64,000 nucleotides of DNA from Eledone cirrhosa (GCA_964016885.1 OZ024740.1:151652001-151716000); one strand, 5' to 3'; positions 15,312 to 28,526 are shown, counted from the first letter of the stretch. The notes: a model not told the origin generated them from the sequence alone. Program-made: numbers and translations.

Positions 15312-15479
15312 TATATATAATCTTCATATAATGTCGCCATTTTGGGAGTCACAACTACCTTTTCATTTGTCGGTTTTAACACACACGCACAACTTGATTG
15401 TCGCTATTTTGTCTCGTCATTACAAGCCCACACATACACATACATGAATACATGAACATATATATATATATATATGTAC

Positions 15480-15549
<70 letters not shown>

Positions 15550-16299
15550 CTCTGTGTGTATATATATATATATATATATTGATATATATATTGATATATA
15601 TGTATATGTATATATTAAATTTTGTGTGTGTAAGAGTGTGTGTGTGTGTGTACGAGAATCATCTCTTTCTTTTTTTGTCATTCTGATGTTATAGAGATCA
15701 AAAGAAGCGACGTTTAAGCAATATCTGTTACTTCAGCAGCTTTCAATTTTCTCTGACTCACTCTCTTTCCCTTTTTACTCTCTCTCACCCTCTCTTTTCG
15801 TTTTTTCTAACTCGTTTGTTTGAGCATTTTAGTTTTTCATTAGATTTCAAGGACGCCATCTTTGATTTTTAATGTTCTTGTCAACTACTTATTTATAGAC
15901 TTTCTATTTTCTATATCTACTTTGTTTTGAAAGCTGATTTTTTTTTTCTTTTCAGTTGTTTTCGTGTTTGTTTTCCTTTTTGTTCGTTAGTTATATTTCT
16001 CTATCTTTACATATTTCCCTGTCAATCTCACATCTGCCCGAAATTTCTTTTCTTTTCTTTTCAGTCTATCTATATATCGTGTTTGTATCACCTGCCTTCT
16101 TTCTTTTTCTTCAAACACTACCTATGTTCTCATGCTTGTTTTGATTTTCGTTCTTTTTCTGGTCTTGTAGTTATTTTTGTTATTGTTGTTGATCTTGTAG
16201 TCGTCGTCGTCGTCATTACTGTTGTTCTTCTTCATTTTCGTCTTCTAATTTATCTTTTTTTTTTCATTATTTTTCTTTTCTTCATTTTCTTCCAAGTCG

Positions 16300-17150
16300 G
16301 GATTTTATATGCAGACCTCAGACAGAAGACCAACCACAGCAAGATATTTCTTTCCCCTATAACCATCTGCTGCCATCCGTATTTTAGCTGCTGTTATTGG
16401 CTTTTCACAGTACTCTGTATCCTCTGCTGAGAGTCACAATAAATCGTCCAGGTATTACTAAATTCACCACCGTTTCCGGTTTACCGCTCACACCAAACAT
16501 TGTTGATAAGCCGCAAACAGCTTTCCGGGTTCTTCTATGACCTAATCGTGGCTTTGTTGCTACGTCGTGCCGCTTCCCATGGACTCGCTGAAAGCTTTCC
16601 TTCCGTCATGTTTCAGCGGACGAGTTTTTGCGTAGCAAAATTGGCCGAGGGCCATTCTACTCGCTGCGCTGCCTTTTTTAATCCTCACTAACTAGTTCTC
16701 CCTCTAATCTATTTTCTCTATCTGAACTTCTTTTACTATAACTTATCGACTGTAATTTAGTCGCACTTTTCAGAATGTCCCAGAGATGGTTGTTAACTAT
16801 CTTGTTGGCTAATCCATTCTCTGGGGGTCGCGTGCCAGTATCAATGCGTTTAACTTCCAGAGAGTCCCAGTTCTTGTAGTGGATTGTACAGATCAACATT
16901 TTTTAAACTGTGTAGTCTAGAAGTTGATGCCAGTAGTTGCTCCATATCGGCACTGTCATCGAATCTAGTTGCTATATATCAAACCGTTGAAAGTCTCTGA
17001 GCATCTGTGTGAGGCTTTTCCACTAGACCATTCTGTGCTATCGTATAGCTTCACAAAACCCATCTACTATGTCATTCTAATCTTCCACTTGTAAAAAATA
17101 ACTGAAGGTACCCAAAAAGGCTTCTAGTATTTAATCTCAATCCAGCAAAC
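16300..17150 (-). mobile_element. Highly degraded RLE-type non-LTR element (Hero/R2-group-like)
   Basis: Broken minus frames resemble Hero-like segments (EKP..YL, DSLEVKRIDTG, R.RMA...Q...RW...ERKL). Similarity is weak and judged by eye. Confidence 0.3.
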
Positions 17151-17623
17151 TACGTTTAAAAATGTAATCGTTTTAGGTACGGTAAGGAACATTTTAAAAG
17201 CGCTCCAGATAACCAACAACTTCAGCAATGCAAATAATTACAAAGATAACAAGCACAATAGATATAGAGTGAGACAAATGACTCAATCAATAATTTCACT
17301 CGTTCAGTTGGTTGGCTGAACGCCTGACAAATTAATTAAGCAACCATAATAATAGCTATTGAGTGACTTTCTTTGCCCCATACATTTGGCATACATGAAC
17401 CGCTTACAATTCCCCATGACTGAAAACACATGACACATAGCAATTATTTGAACATGCATTTCAGCTTTGCTTAATATAGTTCTGAATCGAATTTTGTACA
17501 ATTGTAAATCAAATATTGTCCAGTATGTTTACGTTTTGTGTTAAATACTACATGCGCTTACGTGATAGACGAGGTTAAAAGACTTAAAACATTCATAAAA
17601 TGTTTAAAATAGACATAAAAAAT

Positions 17624-17878
17624 CAGGGGTACTTAAATAAGGGTGGGGGGTCAGACCTCCCCCCTCCTCCAATAATAACATTTTTTCTCGCCAAGCTGCT
17701 AAAACACACATCTATTTCTATATGCGCTACAATTTATGTACATGTTGTTTATCGCATATCGAAGTTTTTTTTATATCTTGGTTCACATTTAATAACAGCT
17801 AAACTAATCACTACAAATAATCCCCCCCCCCCTCACCCACCCACCACCACCAATTCAGAAATGCTTCCGCCGCCCCTG
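17624..17878. mobile_element. Possible hAT-like MITE remnant
   Basis: Ends cagggg../..ccgcccctg with G-rich and C-rich subterminal blocks; no clear TSD. Confidence 0.35.
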
Positions 17879-18456
17879 CAAATGATTCAGACTCAGAGAA
17901 TATTAAACACTGGGTCATGGGACTTGATTCAAATATTTGTGCTGCGCGGAAACGTCCTTAAAATAAGCCCAGATGATGAACGTTTCAACCCAACACAATG
18001 AGAGCAACTGAAAGTAGAACTGCGCGGTCTTTTGGCAATACTATTTATTTATTAACTATTTTTTTAATTTATTAACTAGCTAGCTCAGATCATATTAGTG
18101 AGATCAAGACGCGACCCATGAAATCAATAAAAGACAGTGAAATTGAAATGACAAAGTAAGATTAATACATGTATAGAGTATCTTTCTTGCCTTTATAAGC
18201 ATGTTTATATATATATATATATATATATAGATATATCAACAAATATCATATATACGTAACCAATCTCTCGGACTTTTTCCGAATAGCTAAGAGGATAAAG
18301 GTAATTTAAAGAGTGGTCTGCTCTGCATCAAGATCCCATAAATTAGCATATAAAAGAGGGTGAAGAACCATACAGATGGACAAAGAAGCTGCCATTGGCC
18401 GTTACTATAAATCGAACCCCTCACGAACACACCACCCTTAATATTATATATGTGTG

Positions 18457-18562
<106 letters not shown>

Positions 18563-18573
18563 TGTGTGTGTAT

Positions 18574-19042
18574 AAGTTTATCCCGAGTTCAATCGCGGGT
18601 AACCACAGTAAGTAAGGTACTCAATACATACCAGAGTATAAATATTTAATATAGAAATGGCTTCTACAGGACTAGAACTGTTTCATTCGGGAGAAATCAC
18701 CCGAATAAAACAGTTCTAGTTGTGTAGAAGCCATTTAAATATTTATACTCTGCTATGTATTGAGTACCTTACTTACTGCGGTTACCCCCGATTGAACCTG
18801 GAGAAACTTATATTTTGACACTTACTGTACCCCTCTTAACCAAAGCTGCCGAATGAAACAGTTCTAGTCCTGTAGAAGCCATTTCTGTATTAAATATTTA
18901 TACTCCGCTATGTATTGAGTACCTTACTTACTGTGGTAACCCCCGATTGAACCCGGGATAAACTTATCTTTTAACACTTACTGTGCCCCTCTTAACCAAA
19001 GGCTCCCGAATGAAACAGTTCTAGTCCTGTAGAAGCCATTTC
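18574..19042 (+). mobile_element. Family A: inverted arm plus about 2.2 tandem monomers (148-157 bp)
   Basis: gaat(g/a)aaacagttctagt recurs at 18703, 18851 and 19008. 18574-18697 is an inverted copy. Confidence 0.85.
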
Positions 19043-19184
19043 TCTCTCTCTATATATATATATATGTAAGTATGTATGTATGTACGTATACATACATACA
19101 TACTTACATATAAGTAAGTGCAGTACTAAGAGTGAGAAACGAAATTTCGTTTCATTCTATTCCATTCTATATATATATATATAT

Positions 19185-20096
19185 ACTATAAAGTAAAGTA
19201 TGTCCATAGAATCATTTGATAATATAGATACATCATTTCTTCTCCTAATTAGCATAATTAACCACACAAAAAATCAATTAGACCAGGCTATAAGATTAAA
19301 AGGCACCTATGGACATATTTTACTTTATAGTATATTCCTCTGATTATTTAATTTATTAATTCTTCATTGAGCCATCGTTAATGGTTGCCAAAACACATAT
19401 ATATATCTGTGACTTTGTTTAATTGGTGTATATGTAAATATTTATATTTAATAATCTCCCATAACGTTGAGATGCAATTTGGGCAATATTGGGCTGCGCT
19501 TTCTAGCAACCAACCTACTCGCCGTAAGCAACCAATCACACTCTTTCTGACTTGACCACTGCCACGTCACAGTTCTCAGCCATTTTGAATTCGTGTTTGG
19601 CGGGGGCCACTTCAGAAAATAATCTGTCCTAGCGAGTTTGTCCCCTGAAGAGTTCGAAACTCGAGATTTATCCTTATTAGGATATCTCAAAATGAGAACG
19701 GGACTTAATCCTGGTATGTATATAAGCATTTCTAACTTTAATTTTATACCTAATTATGTATGGTTGACCGTATATTTAATTAATTTCCACGTGCTGTTGA
19801 AATGTTGGGTAAATATTCTACAGCGGTTGGCCGCGAAGACGCTGCTATCGTATATTTACTGTTTCTTCATAGGTGCCTTTTGATCTTATAGCCTGGTCTA
19901 ATTGATTTTTTGTGTGGTTAATTATGCTAATTGGGAGAAGAAATGATGTATATATATTATCAAATGATTCTAGGGACATATTTTACTTTATAGTATATTG
20001 CTCTGATTATTTAATTTATTAATTCTTCATTGAGCCACATCGTGAATGGTTGCCAAAACACATATATATCTGTAACTTTTTTAATTGGTGTATATG

Positions 20097-20105
<9 letters not shown>
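19185..20105 (+). mobile_element. Non-autonomous PLE-like element: inverted arm plus ~665-bp permuted unit with degenerate hammerhead
   Basis: 19185-19310 is the reverse complement of 19869-19995; 19311-19445 repeats directly at 19975-20105. Contains gtccc-CTGAAGA-GttC-GAAAC at 19640-19660 with a later gggac. Confidence 0.75.
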
Positions 20106-20145
<40 letters not shown>

Positions 20146-20214
20146 GTATTAGAGTGTGTCTGTGTGTGTATGCTTGAGTGTATGTGCGTATGTGCGTGAG
20201 AATGTGTGTGTGCG

Positions 20215-20321
<107 letters not shown>

Positions 20322-20757
20322 CGCGAGCGCACTAGTGTATTTATGTGTGTGATTTTGTATTTGTTTTGCAGGATTCCTAGACTGAAATCGTGTATTGAAA
20401 CAGATTTTATACTTAGAGAGAGTAAAACTGCCAATGAAAACCACATGCACTTAGTGGTATTTCATCTCAGTTTTATTAATCAATTACATAATTATTTCAT
20501 TAAGCAGTTGATTAATTGTTTCATCAAAATTCTTTCGTCACAGCTTGGGATTTTTTCGATGACTTTGTGGCCTTGTGCACAACCTTTTTCAATTTTATTT
20601 CATACTCTCTGGTCGCCTTTCAAGCGATCTTCCATTGAAATGTGCTGTGTACGTGTATGTACATATACACGAGTAGCATTTGTTTGTGTTGAACTTCCTT
20701 TACTTTGAGTTTTGAGTGTCATTTCACTTACACCTACATATACATACATATATGTGT

Positions 20758-20800
<43 letters not shown>

Positions 20801-20804
<4 letters not shown>

Positions 20805-21020
20805 TTAAAATAACAGATTAAAGTTTAAGCAAAGAATCGCTGCTTTCACCCTTAACGGGATCTTCTGAAGATCCCGTTAAGGGTGAAAGCAGCGATTCTT
20901 TGCTTAAACTTTAATCTGTTATTTTAATAAATATTTGCTCTACGGTTCTTATTTATTTGATATATATTTATCCTTATCGAGCCCTCTTTGGATTTTAGTC
21001 TTCAAATTTATTATTATTAC
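20801..21020 (+). mobile_element. Short fold-back element family E with hammerhead core
   Basis: Perfect palindrome about 20803-20929 centred on T20866. Plus strand reads CTGAAGA-T-CCC-gttaa-GGG-T-GAAA-GCA..TGC-TT. Further copies at 35801-35890 and 59817-59872. Confidence 0.8.
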
Positions 21021-21083
21021 TATATATATATATATATATGTACACACAAACATATATATATATATATAATATATATATAATAT

Positions 21084-21342
21084 AGAAGTGCAAATAGCTT
21101 CTACAGGACTAGAACTCTTTCATTCGAAGGAAATCATCAAAAAATGAATGAATGAAACAGTTCTAATCCTGTAGATGGCATTTCTATATTTAAAAAAATG
21201 TATACTCTGCTATCTATTGAGCACCTTACTTACTGTGGTTAGTCCCGATTGAACCCGGGATACACATGCATATATATATGTATAATATGCATATATATAC
21301 ATATATATATATATATTATATATATTGAACCCGGGATACACA
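21084..21342. mobile_element. Family A fold-back copy
   Basis: ttctacaggactagaactctttcattc...gaatgaaacagttctaatcctgtag, plus the tail tactgtggtt..gattgaacccggg. Confidence 0.8.
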
Positions 21343-21344
21343 TG

Positions 21345-21438
<94 letters not shown>

Positions 21439-21439
<1 letters not shown>

Positions 21440-21628
21440 TCAGGACCCGATGGCTGAGCTCCGGCCGTTTCGACAGAGCTAGACCCGAACTGTTCGGATC
21501 TAGCTGTCGAAACGGCCGGAGCTCAGCCCTCGGGGTCCTTCTTTTCCTATTACCCACTCTACTACCCTAAGTAGTGAGTACTCTGGTTCGTTATTGTCCA
21601 CCTGGTATCTTACCACACCCTCTTTGTT
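21439..21628. mobile_element. Family B fold-back copy
   Basis: gctgagctccggccgtttcgac / gtcgaaacggccggagctcagc arms, plus the tail tattacccactctactacc. Confidence 0.8.
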
Positions 21629-22145
21629 ATATGTGTATATATATATATATATACATTCGCACGCTCACACACACAAACACAAATATATATATCATGTCAT
21701 TATATGTCGGAAACTTTCTGATTTACTGGTACGATGTAGACTTACGGAAGAGCTTGACTGGAGTTTAAAACTCACATAGCTTTTTGTGTAGGCACCCAAC
21801 CTAGTCGTTACGGTGTTAACCGACATATATGTATATGTATGTACGTACATACGTATGTATGTGTGCATTCATGTAGGTAGGTATTCATGGAGGATAGAAT
21901 TAATTAATAATTATTAATAATGTTATTTTGTGCATTGGTCATACTCGATAACGAGGGGCTAGCCATGTATGTATGTGTGTTTCGGTTTTATAATTTTATA
22001 AATTTATACCGGGAGACGAAGACCCTTTCATAGAAAAATGCATATATATGCATGTGTGTGCGTGTGTGTGAGTGTGTGTGTCTGTGTATGTGTGTGTGTG
22101 TGTGTATGTATGTGTGTGTTTATGTGTGTGTTTATGTGTGTGTGT

Positions 22146-22220
<75 letters not shown>

Positions 22221-22929
22221 CGCGCGCGCGTGTGAATCTATTTCTGTCCATATATGCAGTTATTACATGCTGGATTTCTAAAATGTTTTTCATATTTTTA
22301 CAGTTTCATTAATTGATTATACTTGCAACTTCCTAGGTAACCGTACCCATTCTGGTTCTACGAAGTCCATTTTCTCAAGATTTAGTAACAGATACCAAAG
22401 CCTATCGCAGGCATGAATCTAAAAGTATAATCAAGATGGAGTATCTTAAGATTTCTCATTAGTTTATCATAAATGTTCTCCTTTTAGCATTATATTGACA
22501 TCTGCTGGGCAGTTAATTTCCATTACTCTGCATGCCCTTTTTCTTCTGTCTCATATGCCTATGTCTGATCTCTTATGTTAGCAATATATTAGTATTTTGA
22601 CTGGGATATTCCACCAGTATTCTTCATATTATGCATGCGTATCTCTTCCACATCACTGTACGTTTATATGTTTATGTTCAGCGGAATCCTTTCTAGGGAT
22701 TACATTGTAGTGTTTTGTTTTCTGCCTCATAGGTATATAGTATCGGGATGCCATCTTAGGATATTGCTGATGATGGTTAGAATGTAAAACGTTGTAATCA
22801 GTGTGGGGTTAGTAGCTAAATTAGATGAGGGGATTAGGAGTGACATTGAAACTGATGTGCTAGCTGTGAGAATAGCACTCGACTATTTCTTCAATTCGAA
22901 ACCTGAAGGTTACATTGTCAGACGCGTGC

Positions 22930-23900
22930 TTTAAGAACCGAGGGATTGAAAGATGTTCAAAGGGTCCAAGTAGAAGAGGCGGAGTGAGACAATAGAACCC
23001 AATTTCCGTCTTTGACGGACGGATAAGTGTGGGTGCTGGAGATACGGTGATTGTAAATGCCATTCTAGTGCTCTACAAAGAACTAGTGAAGGGCATGTGC
23101 GACGCTGTTCTCGAAGATGCTCTTGGCATCTATGAAATTGAACTGACCAGTATTTTCCTGAGAACCTTAGAGCCGGAGACTATGGATAACTTCTAAAATT
23201 CCTTCGCATGACAGTACTACCGGGAGTCACTGCTGATTCGAGCTAAACGAAAGAACGGTCAGACGTACCTGCCCGAGATGCGCGCAGGGCAGCGAAACCT
23301 GTCTGCACGCACTTGTCCAGTGTTAGTGCATTACTGACGTATGGAGTTATTTTGAACAACGGTTATCGCGTGCGGGACGGATCCGGCTATCGACAGAGTC
23401 CATCGTCGCCCCGCCGCTTTATTTTGGTCAAGAATGGCAGGCAGGTTCCTCTGTCTGGTGACTGTAGTGAAAGGGGTTGTGTGGTGAATGAGGCTGAAAG
23501 AACTAAAGACAGACACTTTTATCTTCGGCCAATTTCTCAACTTTTTCAGGTTTCATTTAGAAAGGAAGGTGAGTTTGGAGAGGGAAGTGCTGCACCCCAG
23601 TGAATTTGCTAAAATATGGGTGAATGTGACGAGAATGGCTTGTGTGAATGGGCCTACTCTGACCTTGTACATGTAGGCTGGCTGATTTGGAGAGGAGAGG
23701 AGGGCCCTCCAAGTGTGCTCTTGAAGCCTATGGGGTTTGGTATCGGTGGGGTTCCTAAGGCACCCCTGGGGAATTTGTAATGTTATAACGTTATTGCTTT
23801 TTTATATTGTTTACTCGGTTTTTCTGTAAAACCTCCCACTGTCTCTGTCCTTTGTATTGTCCCCTTTGTATATGTCAGCCCTTGTGGCCAATAAAGAAAT
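22930..23900 (+). mobile_element. Tx1/L1-type LINE 3' fragment (degraded)
   Basis: Reads MDNF..S.AW.YYRE.L and WVNVTRMACVNGPTL; ends gtggccaataaagaaa. Confidence 0.8.
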
Positions 23901-24397
23901 TATCATTATTGTTGTTGTTGCTATATTATTATTATTTCTTTTGTTACCGTTGTCACTGATTGTTAAACATAGTACAAGTAACACATTGACTAATCGGCCA
24001 ACCTTATTACATGAACTGTAAACAGATGCCAGTATAAACAATTAGTTTAGAACGTAACACTTCAATTCATGGCACTGTGACGAACATAATTCAGCTCATA
24101 ACAACAGGAAATATGGCGGAAATAGTTCGAGCGAAAGTAACAAAATAATACTTCGTATTGCAGTGTTACTGCAGCGAAATGAGGATGGGGGCTTGTGGTA
24201 ATCATAACACAAAAGATTTCATTCACGTTCACAATTATAAAAACTGCAACTACCACTTCAACATCAATACACAATGATATTGATAATTATTAATAATAGT
24301 AACAATGATTTCTTTTTGGAATATTTATCTTTCTTCTCACAAACATTTTGCGCCATTAATATAGTTTTGTATCCTAATAATACTAATAATAATAATA

Positions 24398-25365
24398 CTT
24401 CTGTAGCCTTTTTAAGGTCTCCTCTTTTCAACCAGTTCCATGTCTGTGGATCTCTGAATTCAGTTTTTTTCTCAAAGAAGGTACTATGAAGGGATTTTTC
24501 AGAAAGAGCAGCCTTCATGAAAAATCCCTTTATAGTACCTTATTTGAGAAAACTGAATTCAGAGATCCACAGACATGGAACGGGTTGAAAAGAGGATACC
24601 TTCAAAAGGCTACAGAAGGAATGCTAATGACTGCGCAAAAGCAGGCCTTCAAAACGAAGTGGTTGAAACACCATATTTACAAGGAGGAGGCTAGCCCACT
24701 GTGCAGGATCTATGGAAAGAGAGAGGAGACTGTGATTCACATTGTATCCGAGTTAAAACACCTAGCCCAGACTCACTATAAGGGCTGGAGACATGATGTG
24801 ATGGGCAGGGTGATCCACTGGCACCTATGCAAAGTAAACAATTTACCACATTCTGAGAAGTAGTATGAGCATAAGCCAGAGTCGGTGATAGAAAACGATC
24901 AGGTGAAGGTGCTGTGGGATTTTAGGATACAGACGGACAAGAAACTGGAACACAATAGACCTGACCTGGTGGTTTTGGACAAGGAAAAAAGATCGTGCCT
25001 GATTGTGGATGTAGCCTGCCCATTCGACACGAGAGTGCAAGAGAAGGAGAGGGAGAAAATTAACCGATACCAGGACTTAAAGTGGGAGGTAAAAAGGATT
25101 TGGAACTGCCATGAAGTCAAAGTGGTCCCGATTGTCATAGGCGCACTAGGTACTATCTCAAAAAGTTTCCAGGGATGGTTAAAGAAAATTGGCCCCACCA
25201 CGGTTTTTGGAACGCTTCAAAAAGCATGCTTGCTGGCAACAGCAAGAACCCTCCGATACGTCCTGAATATCTGAGGCTGCAGGTAGTGGCTTGATATTCA
25301 TTTCAACAAACTTTCCAGTTAACTAATATCAATGACTGCGACTCAAAGAACAATAATAATAATAA
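24398..25365 (+). mobile_element. R4/Dong-clade non-LTR retrotransposon 3' end (degenerate CCHC finger and RLE), with 5' fold-back, in (TAA)n
   Basis: CR....EETV.HIVS, WRHD, LWDFRIQTD...HNRPDLVV...LIVDVACPFD...EKINRYQDL and VPIVIGALG form a PD-(D/E)xK restriction-like endonuclease; (AAT)n on both flanks. Confidence 0.9.
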
Positions 25366-25367
25366 TG

Positions 25368-26322
25368 CTTTCCTTATTAACCACAAGGGTTTACACAAAT
25401 GAGACATTAAGGACAGTACAGGACAATACAGGACGGTACAAATGGGCATTTCTGCGTGTAAAAAAAACAAATAACACAGGATGTAACAAAAAAGAACAAT
25501 CAAATATTCCCCAATAGGGGGGAGACATCTGAGGGCCATTGTGGAGAAAGCCCATTAAAAAAAACCCACGGTGACCCTGACCACCAGGGCAAGTGCCCTC
25601 TCCCAGTTTTCCACCTTCAATTTACAGGCATATACTCAGAGTAGGTCCATTCATTCGGGCCATACTTGCTTCTCTCACCCATCTTTCAACAAAATGCTGG
25701 GAGGAGAGCACTTCCCTCTCTACCCTGATTTTCCTTTTCAAATGAAATTTGAAAAAGTTAATCAGGGCATCACCGAAGAGGTAAGTGCTCGTCTTCAGCC
25801 CTTTCAAACGTGTTCACCATACTATCTCTTTCGCCATGGCCACCAGACAGATAAAAACTGCCTGTCTTTCCCGGCTAAAGGAGGAGGGCGGGGAAATCCT
25901 CACGATGGACTCAGCTGTTAGATGGATCCGTTCTACACGTGACAACAGGTGTTCGACATAAACCCACAAGTCAGCAATGCTCGGACACTGGACGAGTGCA
26001 TGCAGGACGGTTTCGTCGCCCTGCGTGCATCTCGAACATGCCCGGCTGACGGCACTTCCGTGCCTGTAGAGTTTATCCCGAACTGGCAAAGCTCCTCAGT
26101 AGCACTGCCAGGCCAGGGATTTCTGGAAATTGTCCATAGGTCCCGGCCCAAAAGTTCTTCCGAAGAGATTGGCTAGTTGATTTTCGTCGACGCCTAGAGT
26201 TTGCCCAAGTACATCGTCGCTCTTCCCCTCCACTAATCCTCTATAGAACGCCAAGGTGGAGTTTCCACCGAGCACATTGCCCGACTGGTCGAGGGCCGTG
26301 AGCGCCTGAAGACATTCCAGTC
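25368..26322 (-). mobile_element. Tx1/L1-type LINE 3' fragment
   Basis: ORFs 26096..26338 and 25814..26089 (CSRCTQGDETVLHALVQC zinc knuckle) are homologous to 47700-48350. Confidence 0.9.
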
Positions 26323-26641
26323 TTTCTTTAATAAACACAACGGTTTACACAAAGTGAGACATTAAGGACAATACAGGACAATACAGGACGATACAAATGG
26401 GCATTTCTGCCTGTAAAAAAAAACAGAAACAGAGGATGTAACAAAAAACAATGAAAAATTCCCCATTAGGGGGAGACTTCCTAGGGCCATCGTGGAGTAA
26501 GCCCATTAAAAAAGGCACGGTGACCCTGACCACCAGGGCAAGTGCCCTCTCCCAGTTTTCCACCTTCAATTTACAGGCATATACTCAGATTAGGTCCATG
26601 CACTCGGGCCATTCTTTGCCTCTCTCACCCATCTTTCAACA
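26323..26641 (-). mobile_element. Second tandem Tx1 3' fragment
   Basis: Near-identical to 25370-25690 and directly abuts the previous copy. Confidence 0.85.
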
Positions 26642-26654
26642 ATAATAATAATAA

Positions 26655-26834
26655 TTGTTTCTAGTTTAGGCACAAGGCCAGCAATTACCCAGTGCATTAC
26701 TGGTACTTTATTTTATCGACCCCGTAAGGATGAAAGGCAAAGTCAGCCTCGGCAGGATTTGAACTCAGATCGTAAAGGGACGTAACTAGGCTGGAAAGCA
26801 TGGCGTCCGACGCTCTACCAATACTGCCAATCCA
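26655..26834 (-). mobile_element. tRNA-derived SINE S1
   Basis: ggcacaaggccagcaatt..tttatcgaccccgtaaggatgaaaggcaaag..gatttgaactcag..tactgccaatcc. Confidence 0.85.
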
Positions 26835-26865
26835 ATGATAACAATGATAATAATGATGATGATGA

Positions 26866-27560
26866 TTTTTTATTAGCCACACAGGGCTTACACGAAGAAA
26901 AATCATTAAGGACGGTACAGAGAGAACAGGACGGAAAAAGTGTGGGTTCAAGCGTGTAAAAAGTTCAGATAACGAGATGTAGAAAACAGATTCAAACAAA
27001 GTAAATTCCCCAATACGATGGGATATTCGCGCGTTACTCATGGAAAAGGACACAAAAGCCATGGTCAACCTGGCCACCAGGGCAAGTACCTTCTCCCAGT
27101 TCTTCACCTCCAATTTACAGGTACTTATTTAGAGCAGGCCCATTCACTCGGGCTATGCCCGCCACTCTCGCCAATCTATCTACAAGCTGCTTGGAAGGTA
27201 CCACTTCCCTCTCCACTCTGATATTCCTCTTCAAATGAAACCTGAAAAAGTTAATCAGCGCTTGGCCGAAGAAAAATGTGCTTGTCTTCAAACGTGTCCA
27301 TCACACGATCTTTTTCACCATGGTCATCAGGCAGATAACAGCCTGCCTTCTAGGTTAAAACAAGGTGATGGGGCACGTCCTACATGTGACAAATGGCGCT
27401 CTACATCAACCCGCAATTTAGCAATGCTCAGACACTGACTGGGTGTGTATAGGACGGCATGATTGTGCTGCGCGCTACTCGGACAAGCTCGGCTGACGGT
27501 ACTTTCATGGCTGTAGAGTTTACCTCGAACTGGTAATGCATCTCGGTGAGTTGCTCCAAT
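26866..27560 (-). mobile_element. Third, older Tx1 3' fragment
   Basis: Reads DALPVRGKLYSHESTVSRACP; 3' end gtggctaataaaaaa followed by (ATC)n. Confidence 0.8.
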
Positions 27561-28526
27561 TGTATGGGATGTTACTGTACAATATTGCACGTTTTCCAGT
27601 ATGTCGTGTGGAGGTGTGAGACTGAAACAGTGACCCCTCCAATATAACATTTGATTGGCCTCTCTTAATTGATTTTCATTAACTTGTATGATTTCCTTAT
27701 TTCTCGTTGTCCCTGCGAAGGAAACGGCTCTTTTGGTGGGATTCTGTGGTATTGTTTTGGGAAGGGTCACATATGGCTCTGCGTTTCATTGCTGATATTT
27801 TTGTTGTTGTTATTTCTATTGTTACTGTTGCTGTTGTTATTATTGTTCATGTTATTGCTGTTGCCATTTGTGTTGTCTCTAGTTTCTGTTAAATTTATTG
27901 TTGCATTGTTTGTAGTGTAGTTGTTATTGACATTGTTGTTCATGTTGTTGTAACTGTTATCCTTGTCCATGTTCTTATTATTTGTGTTCTCATGATTGTC
28001 CGTGTTGGTTTTAATTTTGTTTTCTGTTTCAGTTGTAATTGTGGAGATGATGATGTTAGTGATGTTGAGTGTGCTTGCCATCTTTGTGGACGGTATGGTG
28101 GCGGTCACTTGCGTAAACATTGAAAAGGTGTAAATTCTATTTCGTTTACTGTTGCTGTACGAGATAAATTTTGGTTACTGTTGTTGTTGTTGTCGGCGAC
28201 GCTGCCTATAGTTGTGGTAATAGTAACACTGTTCATATGGTTGGGGGGGGGGGGGGGGTATCACCTCTCAACGTTTGAGCTGCTGTCACGTGACAGCTGT
28301 TTCAAAGTGAGGGAGCGTATTCCGTTCTTTTTTTTTCCAGAAAAAAGGTTAAAGATTTGGCCCAAATATTAAGAGGCCTCGCTTCCTCGGGACACAGACG
28401 GCTGCTTTATGTCTCCATTACAACACAATCTTTTAACAAAATACCAATATAAACAAGTTAAATCCATCAGTCTAGTGAAGCTCAGAGTCGTACGTCTTAC
28501 ACGTTCGTTACCAATAATTATAATAA

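Noticed and set aside
18700-19042. CRISPR-like regular repeats
   Set aside because: Whole units repeat with no unique spacers, no cas genes, and the context is eukaryotic.
22760-22800. attg-CTGATGA...AAAACGTT-gtaat possible hammerhead
   Set aside because: G12 is missing and there is no stem II pairing; at best a decayed copy.
27767-28120. Asn/Thr-rich ORF (also 40187-40504)
   Set aside because: Decayed (GTT)/(CAA)-type low-complexity sequence.
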